A DNA stretch of 64,000 nt, taken from NCBI RefSeq assembly GCF_009914755.1, contig NC_060930.1; one strand, given 5' to 3'. A model generated the notes under the pieces. The model saw only the letters and a list, made by a program, of their open reading frames with translations. It was not told where the DNA came from and ran no database searches. Shown here piece after piece: positions 1 to 15,120 of this stretch (position 1 is its first letter; each line of letters starts with the position of its first letter). This DNA is from the human T2T-CHM13v2.0 reference genome, Homo sapiens. A program made the position numbers and the translations under genes.

Positions 1-408
1 CAGCGCTTGGAAACACTGGATACCTCAGAAGCGGGTGCCAGGGTGGAGGGCTGAGAGGGACTGGCTGGAAGTGAGTGAAGAAGCAGTGAGAGCCCCAGAT
101 CCCCTCCTACTTCTTGCAAAGCCTTCTCCACTATAGCAGAAGATGGGCTGGCTTATAGAGAGGTTAACACAGGTGAGGCTAGAAATTAAGTGCAAGTCTG
201 CACACCAAAAGTAGTTTCCCCAAGCCCTTCCCCACTCAGCATCAGAACATTGGAACTGGTTTATATCTCTGAGCAAATTTGAGGGACTCAGCAAATTACT
301 GGGAAATTGACCCAAGAGAAAGGACCTACAGATGCTGACATTTAGAGGTTTCTCAGTGAAAAAGTGGGCTGGCTACCAAGTTTACTGGGCACCAGCCCTG
401 TTCACATA

Positions 409-1234
409 CAGTCAACCCTCGAACAAGACGGGTTGAACTGTGCAGGTCCACTTATACACGGATCTTCTTCTACCTCTGAGACAGCAAGACCAGCCCCATG
501 TCTTCCTCCTCCTCATCCTACTCATTGTGAAGATGACCAGGATGAACACATTTATGATGATCCGCTTCCACTTAATAAATAGTAAACAGGCTGGGCATGG
601 TGGCTCACGTCTGTAATCCTAGCACTTTGGGAGGCCGAGGTGGGTGGATCATGAGGTTAGGAGTTCCAGACCAGCTTGGCCAAGATGGTGAAACCCTGTC
701 TCTACTAAAAATACAAAAATTAGCCGGGTGTGGTGGCTTGTGCCTGTAATCCCAGCTACGCGGGAGGCTGAGGCAAGGAATTGTTTGAACCTGGGAGGCG
801 GAGGTTGCAGTGAGCTGAGATTGCGCCACTGCACTCAGAGTGAGACTCAGTCTCAAAAAATAAAATAAATAAATAAATAGTAAACATATTTTCCCTTCCT
901 CATGATTTTCTTAGCAGCATTCTCTTTTCTCTAGCTTACTTTATTATTAGAATACAGCATATGTCACATATAACACAAAAAATATATGTTAATTGATTGT
1001 TTATGTTATCGGTAAGGTTTCCTGTCAACAGTAGCCTATTAGTAGCTAAGTTCTGGGGAAGACAAAAGTTGTACATGAATTTTCAACTAACATGAGTGTT
1101 CTTGTACACTCCTTATCCTGCACAGGTGTGAATGTGACTGTAGGATAAACTTGTAGAAAGGGATCACACCCTCTTCCCACACTGTCTAACATGCGCATTC
1201 AACCCTAGCCCCCATGTTGTTCAAAGGTCAACTG
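409..1234 (+). mobile_element. Tigger2a-like TcMar DNA transposon, interrupted by an Alu and a ~100-bp insert
   Basis: TIRs CAGTCAACCCTCGAACAA ... TTGTTCAAAGGTCAACTG, TA target duplication at 407-408 and 1235-1236. Confidence 0.85.
589..871 (+). mobile_element. Alu (AluS-type)
   Basis: Alu dimer; TSD AATAAATAGTAAACA at 574-588 and 872-886. Confidence 0.95.
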
Positions 1235-1373
1235 TAATCAGAGCTTCAGCATTAAATACGAATGGACAACCAAATATCACTAGGTACTGCAAGAGATATG
1301 TGAAAAAGAGAAACCAAAATAAACAAGAAAAAATTGTTTTAAATACTCAAGAGATGGTACATAAAATGGAATA

Positions 1374-2085
<712 letters not shown>

Positions 2086-2110
2086 CTAGATCTTTAAAAA
2101 GTCAGTGCTG

Positions 2111-2391
<281 letters not shown>

Positions 2392-2669
2392 GGCAATGCT
2401 ATGGGGCAACAAAAAGATAGGAAGACTACAATAGATTTTAGAAAGACTAAGGAGACCTAACAACCAAATGGAATGAGATAAGATCCCAGTTCACACAGAC
2501 CAGTTACAAAAGATAATTTGGGCACAATTTAGAAAATTTAAATATGGATTTTAAAGATATTAGATATTAATTTTCTCAGGTGTGATAATAGTGGTACGAT
2601 GATGTAGCAGAATGTCCTTAATCTTAGGATCTGCAGGCTAAAGTATTTAACAATCAAGAATAATGTGTT

Positions 2670-2778
2670 CTAGGGTGCACTAAAATCTCAGAATTCACCA
2701 CTGTATAGTTCATCCATGTAACCAAAAACCATTTGAACCCTAAAAGCTATTGAAATTAAAAAAAAATAATAAAAAAAT
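2670..2778 (+). mobile_element. L1 (L1PB-like) 3' end fragment
   Basis: GGGTGCACTAAAATCTCAGAATTCACCACT...CATGTAACCAAAAACCA...TTGAAATTAAAAAAAA. Confidence 0.7.
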
Positions 2779-2859
2779 GTAGTCTACAAATTTCTTTGAA
2801 ATAGTTCTGCCAAAGTATACATGCAGTATATAGATATACAATTAATTGTTCCTTCTTGT

Positions 2860-3160
2860 TTCACACTAATACAGTAGCTACTAGTCACTAGTCACTTGTG
2901 GCTACTATTGACATCATCTGAACTGAGATATACTGTGATTACAAAATACACACTAGGTTTTAAAGGCTTAGTACAGAAAAGGAATGTAAAATATCTCATT
3001 AATAATTTTATATTCATTTCATGTAGAAATAATATTTTGAAATAAATAATATATATTTTAAAGTTAATTTCCTCTGCTTATTCTTACTTTGTTAATGTGG
3101 CTACTAGAGAGTTTAAAATTATTTACGTGGCTCACATTGTATTTCTATTGAACAGCACTA
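2860..3160. mobile_element. MER33-like hAT-Charlie element
   Basis: GTAGCTACTAG...GTGGCTA and terminal AATGTGGCTACTAG...GTGGCTCACATTGTATTTCTATTGAACAGCACT. Confidence 0.7.
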
Positions 3161-3299
3161 ACCTAGGTAGAGGGGAAAAGTATACTATTTTATTGAAGTA
3201 TTGTTTATATTAAGTTCATTTAAGTATAATATTTTTTCAACTTTTCTGTATATTTGCAATTCTTTTAATAAAAAGTTAAGAAGAAAAAAGAAACAAAGT

Positions 3300-4625
3300 C
3301 AAAATAAAGTAGAATTTTTAAAAATCAGTTAGAGGGTTGAGAAATAAAGATTAGAAAATCCTCTCGAAAGTAGGATAAGAAGACAAAATGTAAAGATTAG
3401 AAAACCAGGAGACCAATCCAAGTGGTCCCACTCAAAAAGATAGAACTTAATAGGCCCAGAAAGGAGCAAAGGGCACGAGCTTCTGGATTGAAGGGGAGCT
3501 CTAAGGACCCACATGGTGAATGGAAAAATATACCAACCAATGCACTGGAAATAAAGAGATTCTAAAGAATTTACAGAGAGAGAGAGAGACAAAAAAACAA
3601 AAACAAAAACAAAAAAACCCCAGCCATATCTGAAGGCCCAAGGATTAGCATGTCACTGAACTTCTCCACAGCCATAAAGGAAGCTGGAGGACAAAGGAAA
3701 AACTCAAAATTTTGAAGAAAAAAATTTCAAGCCTAGATTTAGATACCCAGCCAAACTATCAATCAAGCTTGAGGGTAGAATAAAGTTTTTTTTAGGCATA
3801 CAAGGTCTCAAAAATTTTACCTTCCTTTCACCATTTCTCAGGAAATGATTGAAGGAAGCATTTCACTAAACAAGGAAGTAAACAAGAAAAGACAGATGGC
3901 ATTGGATTCAAAAAACAAGGGCTCCAATGTAGGATGAAGGCAAACGGAATTCCCAATTAATGGGGAAGCAATGCTTCAGGGTAGTAGGTATGCAGCACGC
4001 CTAGAGAGCAACCATCCAGCCAGGAGCAGAAAGATGGTCAACCCTGGAAGATACGTTGGCAAGAACAAACAAATGGGACTAATAGGTAACCTGTTTGAAA
4101 GGAGCTTTATAGCGATAGCAGGGAGTTTGGGAGTTATTTGTGCTAGGAACATACAAAACCAAGCAAAGAAAGAAAAAACACGGAAAGCAAAATGTCATGT
4201 AAGAAAGAAAGTGCAACTTAAGTGCCTTATGTAATATTTATGCATTCATAATAATGTAAACACCAAATTGAGATTTAAGCATAAATTGAGATCTTGCTAT
4301 ATTGGGAGGATAGGCAAAGGATGTGTGTTGGAGTGGAGAGGGGCTAATCCTCATCTTTTGTTGTAGAAAGAGAATCCATACTAACTAAGTGGGACAAGAA
4401 AAATAATCATGCGATAAGAAAAAACAGTCAGATGATATTTAGAAAAATAAAAAGAAATAACTTGAAAGTCCAAAAGAGGTCGCCTCTGGGGACTGGGGTT
4501 GGGGAAGGGTGAGGCAGGCAACTGCTGTTTTCCATTGTAATCCAGGTAGTATTATTCGACTTTCTGAAGGTATTTTTATATATCATTTTGCTAAAAATAA
4601 AAGTTGAGTTAAAAGATAAAAAGAA
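3300..4625 (+). mobile_element. HAL1 (half-L1, ORF1-like) degenerate element
   Basis: ORF1-like CCTAGATTTAGATACCCAGCCAAACTATCAATCAAG, CAAGGTCTCAAAAATTTTACC, GCCTAGAGAGCAACC; G-rich 3' end and AATAAA. Confidence 0.7.
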
Positions 4626-5344
4626 AACCTAGGTCATTCACAGCAAGGCAAGTGACTGACCAGAATTAGGGGTCATTTCAGATGTCACAGCCTGTCAGCT
4701 GCCTACGTCAGCTCCTCCGGACATGGCTGGAGGGAGCCTTTTTGGAGAAACATTATCCTGCCTTGCATTGTCCCCATGACTCATAGGTTCCCATTGTTTC
4801 CGTACCCCCACCGCTCTCCCACCACAGGGATGTGTGTGCGCTGAGGTGGGGAGGGGGCAGAAGGAACTTTCTTGTACTCTTTGTTTACTGCACTGCTCCA
4901 CTCCCATCCCCAGGAATACAGGCTTCCTTGCCAGGGACCAAGTGTCAGGCATGGGGCACCGGGTGCCAAGAAGGAGAAAAAACAATCTTAAAATACCGCT
5001 CTCACCACTCATTGTGGAAATTCGGAATCACATGGTTGGGCTGGGCCTTTGAGATCAACTTGTCAACATTTCCATAGGTAGACACCTACGCTTTGCCTGA
5101 GCAGTTTCAATGACTGGGAATTCAATACCTCAGTGGGATGTTGTTGGATATTGGGGGCAAAGTGAGGAGCACAGCAGGGTCTTTTGCACCTACAGGCTTT
5201 TTCATGTTCCCTGTGCCTAGATGGGTCAAGGCTCTTTGAGTGCCAAGGAACCTACTAGTTATAAAAGGTGAAGGTCAATGTTAAGATACAAATCTCAGGA
5301 GAACCAAGGCTGGCCTGGCTCCTGTCTCTTCCTCTCTTGCCACG

Positions 5345-5450
5345 TGCTAAGGTTTGATTGATGGTCTCCACTCCAAAGTTCATGTTGAAACTTAATCCTC
5401 AGCGCAACACTATTAAGAGGTATGGACTTTGGGAGGTGATTAAGTGGGGC
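5345..5450 (+). mobile_element. MaLR LTR (MST/MLT1A-like) 5' fragment
   Basis: CCAAAGTTCATGTTGAAACTTAATCC...TATTAAGAGGT...TTTGGGAGGTGATTA. Confidence 0.65.
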
Positions 5451-6167
5451 AGTATGTACATTATCGTCATTCCTTCCCTCCTGGGAATGGGTGACTCCTT
5501 GAAGTTCAGGGAGAACTATGACTGGACAGCTGTCACTTTCCAAGTCAGATCTGGACAATTTAGTTCCCTCTCTCTCCTGCTCCCTTAGGGAAACTTCAGG
5601 CAGCCACATATCTGGGATTTACCAGGGATTCGGCTTAATAGGAATAACCTCTTACATTCCTGTAGTGCTTTCCAATCCTTTGTCTCTGTCAATCTTCCCA
5701 AAATCTAGTGAAGGAGAAATATGTATTCCTGGTTTGTAGGTGAAAATCTGGCTGCTCATTGACTTGCTGAGGTCACAGGGCTATTGAGTAGGGGGATCTC
5801 ATGCCAGATTTCAGACCCTCAAGCCGCATCCCTGCTGTAGGGCAGTCCTCCAGCCTCCAGGCTCCCACACTGGCGGTAAGTATCAAAAGAGTTAGAGAAT
5901 CCAGCTTGGTCCATTTCTAAGGAAGAACCACTCTGAGATTCCTCCTTAACTGGTAGTGTTCCTCCTTCCTTCAGTGTCTTTTTGGTTTTGAGAAAACTCT
6001 TCATTTTGGTCCAACTGGAGCTCCCCAGTACCCCCTCGACTAAGAACAGAATGTTATAGCTGAAGGGAATTCATTCCTTCAAGGAGCATCTATTGAGCAC
6101 CTCTTGCAGGCTAAGCACCACTTTAGCCATTGAATTATTAGCAAAAATCTAATGATTCACCTTTAAT

Positions 6168-6358
6168 CCAATGGTCCTCAACCCTGGTTGCATATTTGAA
6201 TCAACTGGGTTTTTTTTTAAGTGTGTCATTTAGACCCCATTCCAGCCAATGAAACCACAATCTTTGCAGGAGTAGGGGTGGGGGTGTGGTTGGGTTTCAG
6301 CATTTTATTTTAAAACTCTCTAGATGATTCTGATGTTCTCCCAGGGCTGAGAACCTTT
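6168..6358. mobile_element. MER5-family hAT-Charlie element
   Basis: CAATGGTCCTCAACCCTGG...GATGATTCTGATG...GGGCTGAGAACC termini. Confidence 0.65.
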
Positions 6359-7289
6359 GATCTAGTTGAAATGTGGCCTCCATCATGTTACAGAGGATAC
6401 TGAGGCCCATAGAGGGGCAATGCCGTCCCCAAAGTCACAAGTCTAGGCCTAGTTCCCCTGCCTTCAAACTCTCAGTGCTGTTTCTGAAGATACTTGGTAA
6501 ATATTTGTTGAAGGCATCCATGAATGAATGTGGAGTGGGAGGGAGAGAAGATGGTGAGTGTGGTAGATATATTTGAGATGCTTTCCCTACCCACAATCCC
6601 TGCTGAAGACGGGCCAGCCTAGGTGGCTGTCTTTGAACTATGTGACCCACCTTGGCAAAGCTAACTAGGAGAGGAAACCTGAAACAAGATAGACCAATGA
6701 GAGGGCCTGGGAAGGTATTTGAAATGAGGTGCCATCGCTCTCACCCTTGAGGTACGTTAGAATCCCCATTTTTCCAATGAAGAAATAGAGGCTCGGGTAG
6801 GTGAAGTGACTTGCCTGAGTCATGCAGCTAGGAAAGGGCCAAGCCTGGAATTTGAGGCAGTTCCAAGAACAACCCCTCCCCTCCCCTCTCACCGGGAAGA
6901 TGGGACAGACACCCATAAAACATCTAGAGAACAAGTTAGCAGCCGCAAATGTGAAGTTACCTGCCAGGCAGAGAAGAGCAGACAAGAAAATCTGGGAGGG
7001 CGAGGACTACCAAGTGAATCTTTCTAGACGGTTAGTGTAGAATCAGGCCACCCAGTAGAGGAGACACTTGAAGAAAAGACTTCTTATGCATATCTTGGGG
7101 TGCCTCTCCTGGACAGTAGGTCAGGGTCTCTGGGGCTGAGAGTTGGGGATGATACAGTGAGGACACTTTCCACAGTGACCACTTTCACGAGCTCAAGGAA
7201 AGAAGAGAGTGTGTGATCAGGATACAGCAGGAAATCTCAAGGAAACCTAGGAGAGGGCCCAGCATCCCCTTGAAAGTCCTGGCACTGAA

Positions 7290-7645
7290 AGGTGTCTCCC
7301 CTGTGGCCTCCAATCCATCGCCAAGTTTGTGCCCAGACTGTGGGCTGCTCCCTGCCAGGAACGGAGTGCAGCAGGAATAGCAAGGCAGGTCAATTCCCAG
7401 GAGACATGTCTGAGACGCCTTTGGCTCTAGGACTCCCCAGCAGCCTTGCCTAACTTTCCTTAGCCTGCGTGGCAGTCTAGACTGCTTCCACCTAAGCTTC
7501 AACCTTCATAGGCACTGGGATAGAACTTGCATGGTGGTCAGGCAGCGTTCCCAGCCTCTCATAGGTGTTTCCCTCAATGCAGTCCTCTCTGGTTTAATCC
7601 AGTCATGGCATCTGCTTCTTGGAGAACCTGAACTAGTAACGCACT
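7290..7645. mobile_element. Old ERVL-type LTR (LTR16/LTR33-like)
   Basis: Minus strand reads TAGTTCAGGTTCTCCAAGAAGCAGATGCCA...GGAAACACCT...GGGGAGTCCTAGAGCCAAAG. Confidence 0.5.
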
Positions 7646-7717
7646 GCAGTTCTGTGTGGGTCATTAAGGATCCCTGATTCCAACCCTTCACAATGCCTTC
7701 CTCCACCTCCTACCACA

Positions 7718-7729
7718 AACACAGACACA

Positions 7730-7760
<31 letters not shown>
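7718..7760. repeat. (CA)n microsatellite
   Basis: ACACAGACACAGACACACAC... run. Confidence 0.95.
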
Positions 7761-7763
<3 letters not shown>

Positions 7764-8724
7764 TATGAGAGTGGAAGAGAACAAAAGAAAGAGGAACCTT
7801 TTCCCGGGGTCCCCTTGTACAGTGCCAGGCACAGAGCCTGTCAAAAAGTAAGTGCTCAATTAAGAGCCATAATTGTTAGAGGGAGAGCACCACATGTGGC
7901 TCAAATGCCCGGAGCAGGCCTGATGGTCTGCAGGATGATGCCTGCCCTGATGGGACGGGGCTGTACTACGACTGGCTTGTGGGGTGAGACCGAGGGGCCC
8001 TGGACCTCTGTAGTAGCCACTTCTGACTGGGGCCATGGACATCCTGTGTGGAGTCATCCCTTCCTCTTCACTCGAGGGCAGGGAATTTCTAGAAGACCTT
8101 AGATTCCCTTCTGTGTTCCCTCCTTGCCTCAGTCACAGTATCCTATGTGTCAGGCTGTGTGTTTCTGCTCAGTGATATGATCTTTGCAAAGCCTTAGTCT
8201 GAATCTGACACACTCAATAGCTTTCATCCAGTTGCCAGGACCTAGTCTTTGCTGAGAGGGTCTCCCCTTTAACTATAAAGAGACCCAGGACATAGAGACT
8301 TGTCTGAAGCTGCAGTGCAGTTCAGCAGAGGGCAAGACAGCTCCTGGACTAGGCCCTCGGCAGTCTCAGAACTCCAGCTGAAGGCAGAAGTCCCTTTAAG
8401 CCTCCAGTTTGGACCATGACCCAAGAGCTTCTATGTACATTTAGGGGGCAAGTACACATAGACTGCTCACTCATCACCCCTGCAGTTAGCTCCTATGGGC
8501 CTTGAATCTTCATCCCTAATCAGCAATGGTCTGAGGCGCTCGAGGGAGTGCAAGTGACAACTTCACGAATTACATTCTCCCTGAAATCCAGAGACTGCTT
8601 CTTCCTTTCCAGGATGGACAAAACCTCACTCTCCCCTGCCCTTCCCAGCCTGCAAATCATTCCAGAGGTCAGTGCAGTGATGTGCTGATGAATGTTTAAC
8701 ATCTGGTTCTCTGGAGAGCAGAGA

Positions 8725-9103
8725 TCCCTAATTGGTAGTGTTTGCCCATTTCCACAGTGTAAATGCTTGTCCTATGGGCAATTTTTAGCTACCAATATGG
8801 TGTCACAAAACGTCAAGTTGGAAAGAGAAACACAATAGCATATCTACAGGTATTTGCATATACCTGTAGAAGATGAAAAATCACCTCAAAAGCATGAATA
8901 ATAGTAAGATGCAAAATAGCTAGGAAGTGATGAATTTTACATACTTATGACCTTTGTTCTTAATACCATCTAATTGCATATTTATATAATTTAATTTTTT
9001 AATTTTTTTTAGTAGTGGCTGTGGTTTAACAACCAGCTTGCAAAATTTCCAAAAAGTTAACCACCAGCTCCCGTGAGCTGGTATAAAAGGGCTCCAGGCC
9101 ACT
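8725..9103. mobile_element. MER63-like hAT element
   Basis: TTTCCACAGTGTAAAT...AGCTACCAA and 3' GTTTAACAACCAGCTTGCAAAATTTCC...GTGAGCTGGT...GGCTCCAGGCCACTG. Confidence 0.6.
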
Positions 9104-10304
9104 GGGTCAGAAAATTTCCCCTGGAGTGAACTGTTGAGGGTGGGAATCTGAGCTGATAGAAAGAGGCAGGTGTCTGGCTGCTCCAGGCCTGACTGCCAGG
9201 TAGCTGTTCATTTGCCCTCAGTCACCAGCATCAGGTGTTCTAGGCAACCTTCGAGAGACTCAACAAATACAGGTCATCTGAGTTAAATAATGTGTGATGT
9301 CAACACCTAAAACGCAGCAGCTCAGCTGGCCAGAGCTGCAGGTGAAGGAATCAAAGAAGGAGGAGGAAATTTTACATTATTGATGTCAACACAGATTTCA
9401 ATGCAGAATGAAAACAGGTGGGGATGGATTGGCAGGGATGTGGGAAGCTTGGAGAGACCTGACCTTTGTTTGAGATCTCCAGCCAGGTGTTCCCAGAACC
9501 TGGGTATTTCTGGGCTTTACCCCAGAGCTTCTGAATCAGAATCTTCCCAAGGTGGAGCCCAGGAATCCCCTGATGATTCTTGGGTAGTCCCTGCAGGGTT
9601 GGTTGGTCCACCTCACTGGTCTTGGAGATGAGGAGGGCAGACTCTGGGGAGTGGCTGGAGCTGCAGCCAGGACACCCTCTCTGTACACTCTTGTCCTTGA
9701 GCAGGAGAGTTTTGCCCTGGCCGGCTTACACTGTAGTTAATAGCACAGGCCCTGGATCCTTAAGTTAGAACCCAGACTCCACCTCTAGCTGTTGTATAAT
9801 CACTGTGAGCCTCAGCTTCCAAATTGGGTAATAACACTGTTGTGGGATTACGTGAGATCATATGCATAAAGTATCCTGGGCAGTGCCTATAAGCATCCTG
9901 TCAATGATGGATATGGCCATTAAGGTCGTGCAGCTGGATAGTAGCAGAACCCAGGCTCTTTAAACATAGCAGGGAGAACTAGAGACCCTAAAGTAGAATG
10001 GGCTTTGATATCTGGAAGGTACGAACTTTGATGTTGCATAAGGAAAAGAGCCCCGGGTGAAGAGTTAGAAGACCCAGTGACAGTTGGTCTCAGCTCTGCC
10101 AATTATTGTGTTCGAGGGCAAAGAGTTTTAGCCTCCAGGTAGGAGATACTATTTGTGCCAGGTGGCCCAATCCCTCAGCCCACTTGGCATTTCACCGCTG
10201 CTGTAGTGCCACCTCAGGGTGCCCAGGTGTCTCTCTACCTTTCTACCTCCAAGCTTTCTCCAAAGCCCGGCAAAGGTCACATAGCTCAGGGCAAGCCCAG
10301 CCAG

Positions 10305-11120
<816 letters not shown>

Positions 11121-11139
11121 GTTGCATCCACATGTATGA

Positions 11140-11437
11140 AAGGAGGGTGGGGATGAATTTCCCTGGGGCCATCCTTAACCAACAAGGGTGGAATTGGTGG
11201 ATAAATGGTCCCTGTCCTTCAGATGGACAAATCTGAGGTGTATTCTACAGGTTTTTCAGGGGAGGTCTAGTGGGATTAAGCCCCAGTTGCCCACAGTTGA
11301 AACAGCTCTAAAATGAACATGTATGACCTTTTCCTCTTTCCCCATGTTTACCTCTACATCCCTTTCTGCTACTTCTTCTGACCATCTCCCAGTTCTAGCC
11401 TTAGGCCTTGTTTTCCTGGAAAATCAAACCAAAACAT
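11140..11437 (+). mobile_element. LTR33-like ERVL LTR
   Basis: GTGGATAAAT...GGACAAATCTGAGGTGTATTCTAC...GGGATTAAGCCCCAGTTGCCCACAG...AAACCAAAACA. Confidence 0.6.
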
Positions 11438-11974
11438 TTATTACCTCATTTGGAAAAGGCCCTTAAATTGAGGCCTGTAAAATATTGCACCTGGCTCCCT
11501 ACTGTTGCGTAATCCCACCCAGGAATGGGTGTGAAAGGGCTTTATGAACTGAGAGGCTGGGCCCGGTGTGCAGGGTTGCTGGGAGCAGAGGTAATCCTGA
11601 GGGAACCGTGGGGACTGGGGAGCTGCTGGGTTGGGAGGCCCAGCTCCCGGAATCACCTGGGAACAGTAAGAGGTGAAGATGGGGAGATGGGGCAAGTGGA
11701 AAAGGGGGTGCCAATGACAGTGCTCCCTGGGGTGGGGAGAAATAAGGTGTGCTTTATTCCAGTACTGCCCTGCAGATTCAAGTGACTTGGCACAAGATAA
11801 GGTGACTCACCAGGCCAACTCAGCCTGCCACAAGGGCCCTCAAGATCATCCACCTGGCCTTGTGGGGACTCGCCCTTCTGGAACAAGCCTTGCCCCCTGA
11901 TTTGGCCTCTGCCCCAGGAAGAGAGGGACTGAATTACCAGTAGGAGGGGCCAGGCCTCTAGTTCATTTACCCTC

Positions 11975-12660
11975 CATTTAGTAAACATGGAAAAGCTGGG
12001 CCCCTCTCCACACTGGGCTCCCAGGAATCTGAAGGTGGACAAGCTACTCCCTGTGCCCTTTAGCGGCTCCCAGTCAGGGGAGGAGGCATAAGACCAGGAG
12101 GCAGGGAGCTGGAACAACATCAGAACAGCTCGGTGGGAGAGAGGCAGCTTACTGAGGAAGGGGCTCTGGAACACAGAGGAGGAGCACCTGGCCCAGAATC
12201 CGGGAGGGCTACAGGTAATTGTGGAAGTCTTCCCAGAGAAGGTGATATCCATATCTAATCCCACTAGGTCTCAGGACTTACCCAGGAGAGAGAGAGGAAG
12301 GGCATCAGGGCAGAGGAAACAGCAACGGCAAAGTGGCTGGAGCCCAGAGAGGTGGGAAAGGAGAGGAGGCTGAAGAGAGAGGTGGGGCGGGGGGGAGGGG
12401 GTGGAAGAGCAATGGGGAGCCCCTGAGGAGTTTAAAACAGAAAAGAAATGGGTCAGGTTTGAGTTTAGGCTGCTGGCTACAGTAATGGCCAGGTAGAAAG
12501 GGAGTCAGTATTAGAGGCAGGGAGACCAGCAGATGGGGCTCATTCATTCATTCAACAAATATCTGTGGACCCCCTACCAGGTGCCAGGCCCTACGCTGTT
12601 GTGGGAGATCCAGGTGAGGGGCCAGGTGGCCTGGACCCTGGTGATGGGGCCATGATGGAT
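11975..12660 (-). mobile_element. L2 LINE fragments
   Basis: CATTCATTCATTCAACAAATA (L2 tail, antisense), GTCTTCCCAGAGAAGGTGATAT, GGCAGAGGAAACAGC. Confidence 0.55.
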
Positions 12661-13514
12661 AGACGGGACAGAGATCTTAGGGAGGGGTTTTCACTGTGAA
12701 ATACATCCTGACAATTCACGAGTTGTCATTGGTTCCTGGACCAGTTGTGCATGAATTTGGAAACCGGGAACCTGTTATTTCAAGAATGGAGAGATGAATG
12801 GCAGAGCTGAGACCAAACCTCAGGGGCCTCATTTCTGGAGGCCCCACCCAGAGCTGTGCAGCCCAGCTTGCCTGTCCCTCCCCACCACTCTACCCCAGAC
12901 TTATGAGAGCTTCAGATGCAATGGTGGCTGCTGATTACCTTGCCTGGCTCTTTCCAGTCAGGAGGTGAAACCCAAACATCCTGGTTTCTCTTCATCACCT
13001 CTGGCAGGGAGCTAAATGTCTCCTCCAGGATCATGCAGGAGATAAGAAGCCCAGCTGGGACCCTGAGGGTCTTTCTGTGCTCTCCTCCTTGTCAGATTAG
13101 ACTCCTTGAAGGGAGACGCTGTCTCTCACCTCCATCAGACTCTGGGTTCTCTGAAGATGTCTCCCCTGTCAGATCAGAAACTTAGAGGGTAGAATGAGGA
13201 ATGAGAATGCAAGTCAGGGAAGCTGCTTTGCTGCCAGTTAATAGTTGTTTCAGCTTGGAAAAAATCCTATATTTGCCTCAATTTCCTCATTGTAAAATGA
13301 GGATAATGATACATAGGTGCTCAGTAAACATTAGTGGAACAAATAATGGAGAGCCCAGGTGGTGCTGGTGGAGAGCAGGTGCTGGTTTACTAGGACAGCG
13401 GAGAAGCCTGCTGGGAATGGAGCCCTGGGGCCTATGAAAGGAGGAGTGCTGCCTCCACGAGGACCCCAGCAAGTCGCCAGATCTCACCAATCCAATTATC
13501 TCTGCCTTGCATTA

Positions 13515-13825
<311 letters not shown>

Positions 13826-14904
13826 ACATCAATGACTTCAACAGAAGGATTTCCCTGCTAGTGTTATCTCCAGTGACTTCCCACCCATCTGCCACTCCTC
13901 CGCCACTCGCCAGCCTCCTCCACCGGCCCCACTCCCATCCACCCTATAGCTCCCCGGACTGTGATGGAATGTTCCCCATGCCTCCACATGGTACCCCTCC
14001 CCTGCTCATGACCCCTGGGGAACTTGAGGCCTCCTGGGCCCCACCCTTTGCTCTAGCTGCTGCCCTACCTCCCATCTCTTACTCAGAAAGCTCCAGACTA
14101 ACCCTGGCCACAGTGACCCAAGGCCACACCTCCACCCAATCTTGGGTCTGTGCTTTATCATCTGTGAACACAGTTCTGCAAAACTGTGCCTCAGTCCAGC
14201 TGGGTGCCCTTAGGAAGTCATGCTCCCCAAGCTCTCGTCTCAACTGTAGATGGGCCAAATAACCTGGGCTATGTTTGTCAATGGGGTTTGTGAACAGGCC
14301 AAGTGCTGAATAAAGGTGGGGCTTACAGTGTTATGGAACTGTTATTGCCTTGAGGCTGAATGTGATTAAAGCAAAACCGGAGAACCTTGGACCTGTGTGT
14401 GATGGCAGGAGAGGGGTCGGGGGGAGCAGAAAGAGGGCAAGAGGGAGTGATGTTGGCAGAGGGAGGGATGGTGTCGTTGCAGAATTGGCTGGTAAATACA
14501 TATAATCCTTTGTAAACACATCCATGCCCTCATGAAAAATGTGGTTCACTCCGGAAATCATACTTTTTTTTTTTTTTTTCCAATGAACTCAGAAATCATC
14601 CTTTCTGGTGCTGAGCCCTGAAATGGTCATAGAAGGGGCCAGTCCCCAAACAGCTGAAGCCTGACAAAGCCTCCCTTTAGACAGATGGAGACAGATGCCC
14701 GGCTGAGCCTGGCTCCATTCTTCCTTCACATTCTTTCCAGTCCACAGTGCCCACGCTCAGGCTCTACATCTCCTGCCCACCCCTTGAGTTGAGAAGGCTT
14801 GAGCTTCGCTCAAGTTCTCTGGTCCACCTACCTGGAGACAGGAGCCCTTTCCAGAGATGTTGGGTGTGCCACAAAACCACAGGTAGTCTTTTTCATCTCA
14901 TCAC

Positions 14905-15120
14905 AGTGGTAGAGGGGACAGGAGCTGGGCTGCCTGGGTTTGAATCTAGTCTCACCATTTTTACTGAGATTTTGCACAAGGCAACTTCTCTGTGCCTGTT
15001 TCCTCGTCTATAAAATGGAGATGTACTGATGCCCTCTCAGGGTTCTTGCCAGGTCAAATGAGTCCACTCACGTATTATTCAGTGCAAGCATTTAGTGCCT
15101 GACAAAGTGGTGAGTGACAT
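14905..15120 (+). mobile_element. MIR SINE
   Basis: CTGCCTGGGTTTGAATC...CTCTGTGCCTGTTTCCTCGTCTATAAAATGGAGAT core. Confidence 0.7.

Noticed and set aside
11653-12264. 203-aa ORF on minus strand
   Set aside because: Non-ATG start, overlaps decayed L2 sequence, no recognisable domain.
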